A stretch of DNA of 64,000 nt from Alphaproteobacteria bacterium. GTDB taxonomy: Bacteria > Pseudomonadota > Alphaproteobacteria > UBA828. Below, in pieces: positions 10,106 to 18,231 of the stretch (position 1 is its first letter; every line of letters starts with the position of its first letter). Position numbers and translations under genes: made by a program. The notes below the pieces were generated by a model that saw only the letters and a list, made by a program, of their open reading frames with translations, ran no database searches and had not been told where the DNA came from. The DNA is taken from the NCBI GenBank assembly GCA_963422645.2, contig CAXXVO010000006.1, positions 224,001 to 288,000 of the forward strand, read 5' to 3'.

Positions 10106-10624
10106 AACGACGACCGCGACATGCTTCTGGAGATGCGCATGGTGCTCAACGTGCACCGCGAGCCGGGCTTCGACGACAGCGTGCCGACCTCGGCCCAGGT
10201 GCTGCGCATGGCGACGTCGAATGGCGCGCAGACGACACCGTTCGGCACCGAAATCGGTTCGCTCGAGGTTGGCAAGGCGGCCGATATGGTGCTCATCAGC
10301 TGGCGCGACATCACCGGCCCGTTCCTCGATCTCGACATCGACGTCTCGGTAATCGACGCGATCGTCCTCCGCGCCAAGTCGTCGGGCGTCAAGACGGTGC
10401 TGGTCGCAGGCGAGCCGATCCTGCGCGACGGCCGCTTCACGCGGCTCGACCGCGAGGCGGCGCTGGCCGAGCTCGCCGCGTCGCTCAGGCGGCCGGCCGA
10501 CGACGACGAGCTGCGGCGCATCGCGCTCAGCCGCAACGTGCTGTCCCATGTCCGGAAGTTCTATGACGGCTATCTCGACGCCGAGACGCGCGAGCCCTTC
10601 TACGCCCGCAATTCGCGTCGCTGA
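10106..10624 (+). pseudogene. C-terminal remnant of an amidohydrolase (Atz/Trz/SsnA-like)
   Basis: NDDRDMLLEMR, MATSNGA, IGSLEVGKAADMVL, VKTVLVAGE. Confidence 0.8.
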
Positions 10625-10811
10625 ATTTGGCGGCCGATCGAGTCGACGGCCCGCGCCGCCGACGTCGAACAACAGCTTACCGCTGACACCGCGTTGTTCG
10701 AGCCGTCGCTGCAGGTCGGCGCGGCGTTCGAGTGTCAGCAGGCGTCAACTCCGGCGCGAGATTCAGCCAAAGGGCGGCGCAAAAGACTGCCACTCGGACT
10801 GGTGAGTTGAT

Positions 10812-10889
10812 CCAGGTTCCGGCGGCACGCGCCGGTTCGCGAAACAACCGCCGCCACCCGAACACCTGATTGGCGTTGAGGTTGTCCAG
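10812..10889 (-). pseudogene. Short IS66 TnpA-like HTH fragment
   Basis: Translates NLNANQVFGWRRLFRE. Confidence 0.5.
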
Positions 10890-11255
10890 ATGCAATCGGA
10901 GCTGACCCGTCTCCACCGCCAGCTCGGAATCACGTTCCTCTTCGTCACGCACGCCCAGTTGGAGGCACTGGCGATGGCGAGCCGCGTCGCGGTGATGAAC
11001 GAAGGGCGGATCATGCAGATCGGCGCACCGCTTGCCGTCTACCGCGCGCCGACGAACCGCTTCGTCGCCGAGTTCGTCGGGATGAACAACATTCTCACGG
11101 GCCCGGTCGGCCGGCTCGAGGGAAGCGCGCTCGTGCAGACGGAGTTCGCCCGCCTGCGCGCCCCGATGGCGGCATCGCATGGCGTCGCCCCGGGCGAGCG
11201 CATCTCGGTCGTCATCGGCGCCGACCCTGTCACCCTCTCGGCCGACCGGACGCCA
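10890..11255 (+). pseudogene. Internal fragment of a PotA/MalK-type ABC ATPase
   Basis: LHRQLGITFLFVTH, VAVMNEGRIMQ, PTNRFVAEFVG; Walker A/B are absent. Confidence 0.8.
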
Positions 11256-11368
11256 CTCGGGCGCGACACCCAGCGAAAAACCGCCTGAAACAACCGAAAT
11301 GTATCAGAATTCAAGGAGTTCCCGGCACGCTGCCCAGAACAGCCAGCATCACGAGGTCAGGAAGTCTG
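11256..11368 (-). mobile_element. Isolated left end (113 bp) of the ISNCY-type element
   Basis: Reverse complement of 3162-3274. Confidence 0.9.
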
Positions 11369-11478
11369 AACCTATACAGTCAAGCGGAGATCAACGACGC
11401 GCCGACGGCGAAACGGCACCGACGGCAAGCAACATCAGCACGCACTCAGAACTGGCGGCGGGGTACCTGGGTAGTTAC
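11369..11478 (-). mobile_element. IS66-type terminal remnant
   Basis: Ends GGGGTACCTGGGTAGTTAC, identical to 53765-53783. Confidence 0.8.
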
Positions 11479-11766
11479 GAATTGTTATGGAAACATCAAC
11501 AAAAATGAACAGATTGTGGCTCTTACACATTTCCTAAGAGGGCCCATCCGCGTCGGGCACGGTCACCCGACCCCGATAACGAACGAGACGGCGCTTTGCG
11601 GTCGCTGCCCGCGCGACAGCCGGCCACCGCGGAAAGCGAATCGTCAGGCCGCGTCCCTATACCGATTCGGCGGACCGCGCCATTGCTGCTAACATTCGTT
11701 CCGCGCTGGCGGAATCGCGTACCGAACGGCGCGACACACACACACGGGTTAGAGCGGAGACCGGGG

Positions 11767-12558
11767 GTGGCGCTGACCACGTTGAAGGAGATGGCGGGCA
11801 CGCGGCGGGCCAAGTTCGGCACGCTTGCCATCGAGCTCACCTCGCCCGGCATCGGCCATATTCTCAAGGCCGCCGGCGCCCAGTTCCTCTTCCTCGACAT
11901 GGAGCATTCCGGCTTCGGCTTTGACACGCTGAAGCAGATGCTGCGTTACACGGAGGCCGCGCAGCTGCCGACTCTCGTGCGCCCGCCGTCCCGCCACTAC
12001 CACCACATCGCCCGCGCGCTCGACATGGGCGCCGAGGGGATCATGCTGCCGATGGTGGGCTCAGGTGAGGAAGCGGCGCGAATCGTGGCGCACGCGAAGT
12101 ATCCGCCGCACGGGCATCGCGGGGTGGCGTTGGGTGTCGCCCACGACCGTTACGCGCCCGGCGCGCCGGTGACCAAGATGCGCGCCGCCAACCGCCGGGT
12201 TGCCGTGTTCCCGCTGGTCGAGACCCGGCAGGGCGTGGAGAACGTCGAAGCAATCGCCGCCACGGAGGGAGTCGATGGCATCTGGATCGGCCACTTCGAT
12301 CTCAGCACCGCGCTCGGGTATCCCGGCCAATTCGATCACCCCGTTGTCATTGAGGCGGAGCAGCGGGTCGCGCGCGCCTGCGTCAAGAACAAGAAGTCCT
12401 TCGCCTGCATCGTCCCCAATGTCGAGGCCGGCGTCGCTGCCTACCACAAGGGCTACGACATGATCTGCTATTCCGGCGACGTCTGGCTGCTGCGGGAGAC
12501 GCTGCGGCAGGGCATCGACGATCTGAAGGCCGCGCTCGCCGACCGACGGAAAGGATAG
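11767..12558 (+). CDS. HpcH/HpaI aldolase family protein, copy 1
   Basis: FLDMEHS, ALDMGAEG, KYPPHGHRG, VETRQGVEN, DGIWIGHFDLS; GTG start chosen by comparison with copy 2. Confidence 0.88.
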   Translation: MALTTLKEMAGTRRAKFGTLAIELTSPGIGHILKAAGAQFLFLDMEHSGFGFDTLKQMLRYTEAAQLPTLVRPPSRHYHHIARALDMGAEGIMLPMVGSGEEAARIVAHAKYPPHGHRGVALGVAHDRYAPGAPVTKMRAANRRVAVFPLVETRQGVENVEAIAATEGVDGIWIGHFDLSTALGYPGQFDHPVVIEAEQRVARACVKNKKSFACIVPNVEAGVAAYHKGYDMICYSGDVWLLRETLRQGIDDLKAALADRRKG

Positions 12559-12567
12559 GAGCAGAGG

Positions 12568-13374
12568 ATGCCGAGCGCCGCGCTGCGCGCGATGATGGGC
12601 ACGAAGCGGGCCAAATTCGGCTCGTTCGTGATCGAGTTCGACAGCCCCGGCATGGGGCAGATCCTCAAGGCCGCCGGCTGCGAGTACGCGCTACTCGACA
12701 TGGAGCATTCCGGCTTCGGCTACGACCAGCTCAAGCGGATGCTGCGCTTCTATCAGGCGGCCGACCTGCCGGTGATCGTCTCCACTGTCGGCGGCGACTA
12801 CGACATGGTGGCCCGTGCGCTCGACATGGGGGCGGACGGTATCCAGCCAGCCAAGGTCGGCAACGCCGCCGAGGCGCGCGCCATCCTCGATCACGTCCGT
12901 TATGCGCCGAAGGGTGCGCGGGGCGTTGCCGTCGGCATCACCCACGACCGCTTCGTCCCCGGTGCGCCGGCGCCCAAGCTCCGCGCCGCCAACCGGGACG
13001 TGGTGTTCTTCCCCAAGATCGAGACGCCCGAGGGGATCGAGGACATCGAGGCCATCGCCGCGCTCGACGGCGTGGACGGCATCTGGATCGGCCACTTCGA
13101 TCTCTCGGTTGCCATGGGCATTCCCGCGAAGTTCGACCACACGAGATTCCAGGCAGCGATGCAGCGGGCCGCCGCCGCCTGCGCGCAACACGGCAAGTCG
13201 CTGGGACGCATCTACGACGACACCGAAACCGGCTTGGCGCTTTACGAGATCGGCTTCGATTTTCTGTGCTGTTCGGGCGATAGTTGGCTGCTTCAGCGCG
13301 GCGTGGCGGAAGGTATCGCTGCGCTCCGAAAGGTCTGCCGCGGCCCGCGGGCAGGAGCCGCAGGCGGCCGATAG
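12568..13374 (+). CDS. HpcH/HpaI aldolase family protein, copy 2
   Basis: LLDMEHS, RYAPKGARG, IETPEG, DGIWIGHFDLS. Confidence 0.88.
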   Translation: MPSAALRAMMGTKRAKFGSFVIEFDSPGMGQILKAAGCEYALLDMEHSGFGYDQLKRMLRFYQAADLPVIVSTVGGDYDMVARALDMGADGIQPAKVGNAAEARAILDHVRYAPKGARGVAVGITHDRFVPGAPAPKLRAANRDVVFFPKIETPEGIEDIEAIAALDGVDGIWIGHFDLSVAMGIPAKFDHTRFQAAMQRAAAACAQHGKSLGRIYDDTETGLALYEIGFDFLCCSGDSWLLQRGVAEGIAALRKVCRGPRAGAAGGR

Positions 13375-13422
13375 TTTGGAAGAAAGCGCGGCGCCGCCGC
13401 GCCCAACATGGGGAGACCATCG

Positions 13423-14838
13423 ATGGCAATGAGGTCCATACGATCCACAATCGGCGGGATTGCCGCGCTTGCGGTGCTTGGGGCAGGGGCAAGCGCCGCC
13501 TGGGCCGAGAGCGCTGCGGAGATCGCGGTGCGCGAGGCTCAAGAGTATTCCGGCACCGAGATCAACGTGTTCTGGGAGGCCGGGTTGCAAGCGCTGGGCC
13601 CGCAGAACTTCTCCGGCCCGCTCTGGGAGGAGCTCACCGGAATCAAGGTCAACATCGTCGAAGCCCAGCATGACGAGATGTTCCCCAAGATGCTGCAGGA
13701 GCATCGGGGCGGCACCGGCGCCTATGACGTCCTGAACGTCGTACCCGCCTGGATGGGCGACATGGTGCGCGCCGGCGCGGTCGAGCCCCTTGATGCGTAC
13801 GTGGACAAGTACGGCTATCGGGCGGAGCTCGACGATATCGGCGACGTCTATCGCGAGAACCAGATGCGGATCGGCGACACCATCTACGGCTTCCCGGATG
13901 ATGGCGACGTGTTCATTCTCTACTACCGCAAGGACATCTTCGAGGAGATGGGCCTCTCGGTGCCGACCACGTGGGACGAATTCTACGAGGTCAGCAAGGC
14001 GATCACCGACGCGAAGGCGCCGGACGTCTACGGCTCGGGCTTCATGCGCGCGCGCGGCCTCCTGCAATACTTCTATCAGGAGCGGGCGCGGGTCGAGGGC
14101 TGCAAGTTCTTCGACGCCGAGTCCATGAATGCGACGATCAACGGCCCCGGCTGCGTCAAGGCGCTCGCGGGCATGGTCAAGGACAACACCACCATGCCGC
14201 CCGGCATCGAGGCGTGGGGCTTCGTCGAGACGCTGGCTGCCTTCAACGCCGGCCAGACCGCCATGCTCCAGTCGTGGCCGCCGGTCGGCCGCTGGTCGGC
14301 GGGCTACGGCACCGACGACATCGCCATGCAGTGGGTGCCGCCGTCGGTGGTTTCGGGCAAGGTGGGCTACGCGCTGCCGCCGGGTGGCCACCCGCAGCTT
14401 GCGGCCGGGTTCGCCATGGCGGTCTCGTCCAGCAGCGAGAACAAGGACGCGGCCTATCTCTACATCCAGTGGATCAACAGCATCGACATCAGCCACCAGC
14501 GGGTGCAGCTGCCCTACGCACTGCGCGATCCCTTCCGCAAGTCGCACTTCTCGTCTCCGGAGTACCAGTCGCGCTGGCCGGACGCGAAGTACTATCTTGA
14601 AGCGGCTGAGAAGGGCGCGGTCTCGGGCCTGCTCGATCTCTCGATCATCAATACCTTCGCGTATATCGACGCGCTCGCGGCCGGGCTTCAGGCGGTGATG
14701 GGCGGTGGCGATCCACAAGAGGAGCTCGACGACGTCGCCGCCAAGTGGGACGCGCTCACCGAGAAGGTGGGCGTCGATGCGCAGCGCGAGGCCTACATGG
14801 AGTGGGCCTCCAAGCCAGCGGCTTATCCGGGCGACTGA
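13423..14838 (+). CDS. Sugar ABC transporter substrate-binding protein (SBP_bac_1), copy 1
   Basis: Signal peptide, WEELTGIKV, YYRKDIF, PTTWDEF; RBS GGGAGA. Confidence 0.88.
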   Translation: MAMRSIRSTIGGIAALAVLGAGASAAWAESAAEIAVREAQEYSGTEINVFWEAGLQALGPQNFSGPLWEELTGIKVNIVEAQHDEMFPKMLQEHRGGTGAYDVLNVVPAWMGDMVRAGAVEPLDAYVDKYGYRAELDDIGDVYRENQMRIGDTIYGFPDDGDVFILYYRKDIFEEMGLSVPTTWDEFYEVSKAITDAKAPDVYGSGFMRARGLLQYFYQERARVEGCKFFDAESMNATINGPGCVKALAGMVKDNTTMPPGIEAWGFVETLAAFNAGQTAMLQSWPPVGRWSAGYGTDDIAMQWVPPSVVSGKVGYALPPGGHPQLAAGFAMAVSSSSENKDAAYLYIQWINSIDISHQRVQLPYALRDPFRKSHFSSPEYQSRWPDAKYYLEAAEKGAVSGLLDLSIINTFAYIDALAAGLQAVMGGGDPQEELDDVAAKWDALTEKVGVDAQREAYMEWASKPAAYPGD

Positions 14839-14852
14839 TCCCGGTTTCTTTC

Positions 14853-14879
14853 GGGGAGGGGCATCGTCCCCTCCCCTTT
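14853..14879 (+). terminator. Stem-loop / putative intrinsic terminator
   Basis: GGGGAGGGG-CATCGT-CCCCTCCCC-TTT after the stop codon. Confidence 0.55.
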
Positions 14880-14919
14880 GCTTTCTGGCGTCTTCGCGCC
14901 GAGTCGAGGGAGAACAGCA

Positions 14920-16335
14920 ATGGCAATGGGAACGATGCGGTCAATGATGGGCGGGCTTACCGCGCTCGCTCTGCTTGGGGCGGGGGCAAGCGCCGCCTGG
15001 GCCGAGAGCGCCGCCGAGATCGCGGTGCGTGAGGCCAAGCAGTACGCCGGCACCGAGATCAATGTGATCTGGGAGGCCGGGCTTCAGTCGCTCGGCCCGC
15101 AGAACTTCTCCGGCCCGATGTGGGAAGAGCTCACGGGGATCAAGGTCAATGTGATCGAGTCCCAGGTGAACGAGATGTTCCCCAAGATGCTGCAGGAGCA
15201 TCGGGCGGGAACCGGCGCCTATGACGTGCTGAGCGTGGTGCCCGCCTGGATGGGCGACATGGTGCGCGCCGGCGCGGTCGAGCCCCTCGACGAATACGTC
15301 GACAAGTACGGCTATCGCGAGGAGCTCGAGGATATCGGCGACGTCTATCGCGAGAACCAGATGCGGATCGGCGACACCATCTACGGCTTCCCGGATGATG
15401 GCGACGTGCTGATTCTCTATTACCGCAAGGACATCTTCGAGGAGATGGGCCTTTCGGTCCCGACCACGTGGGACGAGTTCTACGAGGTCAGCAAGGCGAT
15501 CACCGACGCGAAGGCGCCCGAGGTGTACGGCGCCGGCTTCATGCGGGTACGCGGCCTCCTGCACTACTTCTATCAGGAGCGGGCGCGCAACGAGGGTTGC
15601 AAGTTCTTCGACGCCGAGTCCATGAAGGCGTCGGTCAACGGCCCGGGCTGCGTCAAGGCGCTTGCCGGCATGGTGAAGGACAACACCACCATGCCGCCCG
15701 GCGTCGAGCAGTGGGGCGCGATCGAGTCTTTGGCCGCCTTCAACGCCGGCCAGATCGCCATGACCCAGTGGTGGCCGCCGGTCGGCCGCTGGTCGGCGGG
15801 CTATGGCACCGACGACATCGCCATGCAGTGGGTGCCGCCGTCGGTGGTTGCGGGCAAGGTGGGCTATGCGCTGCCTCCGGGCGGCCATCCCCAGCTCGCT
15901 GCCGGGTTCTCGATGGCAGTCTCGTCCGACAGCAATAACAAGGACGCGGCTTACCTCTACATCCAGTGGATCAACAGCATCGACATCAGCGGCCAGCGGG
16001 TGCAGCTGCCCTACACGCTGCGCGATCCCTTCCGCAAGTCGCACTTCTCGTCGCCGGAGTACCAGTCGCTTTGGCCGGATGCGAAGGAATACCTCGATGC
16101 CTTGCAGGCGGGCGGGGTCTCCGGCCTGCTCGATCTCTCGATCATCAACACCTTCGCCTACGAGGATGCACTGGCGATCGGGCTTCAGGCGGTGATGGGC
16201 GGTGCCGACCCGCAGGAGGAGCTCGACGACGTGGCCGAGGCGTGGGACGCGCTCACCGAGAAGGTGGGCGTTGACGCGCAGCGCGAGGCCTACATGCAGT
16301 GGTCCTCGAAGCCGGCCGCCTATCCGTTCGACTAA
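14920..16335 (+). CDS. Sugar ABC transporter substrate-binding protein, copy 2
   Basis: Colinear, highly similar paralog of 13423..14838. Confidence 0.88.
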   Translation: MAMGTMRSMMGGLTALALLGAGASAAWAESAAEIAVREAKQYAGTEINVIWEAGLQSLGPQNFSGPMWEELTGIKVNVIESQVNEMFPKMLQEHRAGTGAYDVLSVVPAWMGDMVRAGAVEPLDEYVDKYGYREELEDIGDVYRENQMRIGDTIYGFPDDGDVLILYYRKDIFEEMGLSVPTTWDEFYEVSKAITDAKAPEVYGAGFMRVRGLLHYFYQERARNEGCKFFDAESMKASVNGPGCVKALAGMVKDNTTMPPGVEQWGAIESLAAFNAGQIAMTQWWPPVGRWSAGYGTDDIAMQWVPPSVVAGKVGYALPPGGHPQLAAGFSMAVSSDSNNKDAAYLYIQWINSIDISGQRVQLPYTLRDPFRKSHFSSPEYQSLWPDAKEYLDALQAGGVSGLLDLSIINTFAYEDALAIGLQAVMGGADPQEELDDVAEAWDALTEKVGVDAQREAYMQWSSKPAAYPFD

Positions 16336-16504
16336 GCCGAACACTCTCGGAGGGGGCGCAACCCGCGTCCCCTCCCCTCTTCCCCCCTCTCGCAGGTAAC
16401 TCGGCAGACGCCGATGTTGACGTGCGTGCCGTGCGCGTGGAACGTCGGGACGCTGTCTTCCGCCGAGTCGGAAGCGCTCGGCCCGCTGCACGAGGGGAAT
16501 TGGG

Positions 16505-17152
16505 ATGAGAGCAATTCTGTCAGCCGTGGCCGGGAGCGCCTTTGCGACCCTGGCACTGTTGTCCCCCCCGAGCCACGCCGAACAGGTTGGCCTCTACTTC
16601 GGCGCCGATGTCGGGGTGTTCGATTTCGATCTCCCCGGTGAGCTGTCGCGGCTCCAGGGGTGCAGCAACGGCAGTTGCAGCGACTTCGAGACTCCCACCT
16701 ACGACGACACGAACTTTCGGATCAGCGGCGTCGTGGGCATGGGCCTTACCGAGATGCTTCGGGCCGAGGCCGAAGTCTTCTTCGACATCGACACGGCTTC
16801 CGGCAGCGAGCGTCAGACCCACGGGCTGAGCGCCTCGGTTTCCGGCGATGTCCGCACCTATGGCGTGATGCTGAACTCCTGGGTGGACCTCGGAGCCGGC
16901 ACGACGTGGGGTTTCTATGCCGGCGGTGGCGCCGGCATGTTGTTTGCCGACACCAGCCACCGAATCCTCGATAGAGCACAAATTGCTCTCGAGGGCGGCG
17001 ACGAGACGGACACGGAATTCGCCTATCAGCTGGGCTTGGGCGTTCACTTCCAGGGCTGGCATGTGGGATATCGCTTCCTCAAGACCGGCGACCTCAACGA
17101 CTACGGCGATATCACCCAGCACGTCTTGATGGCGGGCCTGCGCATGTGGTGA
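16505..17152 (+). CDS. Outer membrane beta-barrel protein (Opa/OmpA-like)
   Basis: Signal peptide, LRAEAE, YAGGGAG, FAYQLGLG, VGYRF, terminal aromatic W. Confidence 0.7.
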   Translation: MRAILSAVAGSAFATLALLSPPSHAEQVGLYFGADVGVFDFDLPGELSRLQGCSNGSCSDFETPTYDDTNFRISGVVGMGLTEMLRAEAEVFFDIDTASGSERQTHGLSASVSGDVRTYGVMLNSWVDLGAGTTWGFYAGGGAGMLFADTSHRILDRAQIALEGGDETDTEFAYQLGLGVHFQGWHVGYRFLKTGDLNDYGDITQHVLMAGLRMW

Positions 17153-17244
17153 GGCGTCGAGCCTCCGACCTGCCGAAGAGCCATCGACGCGACTAGGCGC
17201 CGCGGTTATTCTCCGGCCCGCTCAGGTTTGGGGAAAGCGCGCCC

Positions 17245-18231
17245 ATGCGCATCGTTCGGCACTGGCAGTCAACGCCCGCGGAGGCGCGGGGCGGGGTGGT
17301 TGCCGTCGGCAATTTCGACGGCGTCCATCTGGGCCATCGTGCGGTCATCGAGGAAAGCCGGCGTATCGCCCACTCCCTCGGCGCGCCGCTTGCCGTGCTT
17401 ACCTTCGAGCCGCACCCGCGCCAGGTGCTTGCGGCGCCCGGGGAGCCATTCAGGCTCACCCCCTTGAGAATCAAGGCCCGCCACCTCGCCGCACTCGGTG
17501 TAGACATCCTCTTCGTCGCGCGCTTCGACCGCGCCTTCGCCGCCCGCGAGCCCGCGTCCTTCGTTGCGGACGTGGTGGCGGCGGGCATCGGCGCCCGCCA
17601 CGTCGTGGTCGGCCACGACTTCGCCTTCGGCCGCGGGCGCGCCGGCACGGTCGCCCTGCTCACCGAGGTGGGCGGCTCGCTCGGGGTCGGCGTGACCAGC
17701 ATCGAGGCTGCCGGCACGGGCACGACGATCCATTCGGCGAGCCGGGCCCGGCGCCTGCTGGCGGACGGCGACGTCGCCGCGCTGCCTGAGGTGCTCGGCC
17801 GCTATTGGGAGATCGACGGACATGTCGTCGCGGGTGATCGCCGCGGGCGGACCATCGGCTTCCCCACCGCCAATCTGCGCTGCGCCGGCATTCTGCACCC
17901 CGCGCGCGGGGTCTATGCGCTGTGGGCCCAGCCCGGCGGCGACGCACACTGGTACCCGGCGGTGGCCAACCTCGGTCGCCGGCCGACCTTCGACAAGACG
18001 GAGGACCTTCTCGAGGTGCATATCTTCGACTACGCCGCCGATCTCTACGGCAAGCGGCTGCGCGCCGCCTTCGCCGACCGCGTGCGGCCCGAGCGCCGCT
18101 TCGACGGCATCGACGCCCTGAAGGCGCAGATTGCCAACGACTGCGACACCGCCCGCACCATCCTCGCCCGCTCGCCCGCGCCGGACGCCGAAGAGTCCGC
18201 CGCCCTGCCCCGCCGCCAGGCCAGCTCATGA
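17245..18231 (+). CDS. ribF: Bifunctional riboflavin kinase/FAD synthetase
   Basis: GNFDGVHLGH, TFEPHP, GRTIGFPTAN, LEVHIFD; upstream of ileS. Confidence 0.95.
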   Translation: MRIVRHWQSTPAEARGGVVAVGNFDGVHLGHRAVIEESRRIAHSLGAPLAVLTFEPHPRQVLAAPGEPFRLTPLRIKARHLAALGVDILFVARFDRAFAAREPASFVADVVAAGIGARHVVVGHDFAFGRGRAGTVALLTEVGGSLGVGVTSIEAAGTGTTIHSASRARRLLADGDVAALPEVLGRYWEIDGHVVAGDRRGRTIGFPTANLRCAGILHPARGVYALWAQPGGDAHWYPAVANLGRRPTFDKTEDLLEVHIFDYAADLYGKRLRAAFADRVRPERRFDGIDALKAQIANDCDTARTILARSPAPDAEESAALPRRQASS

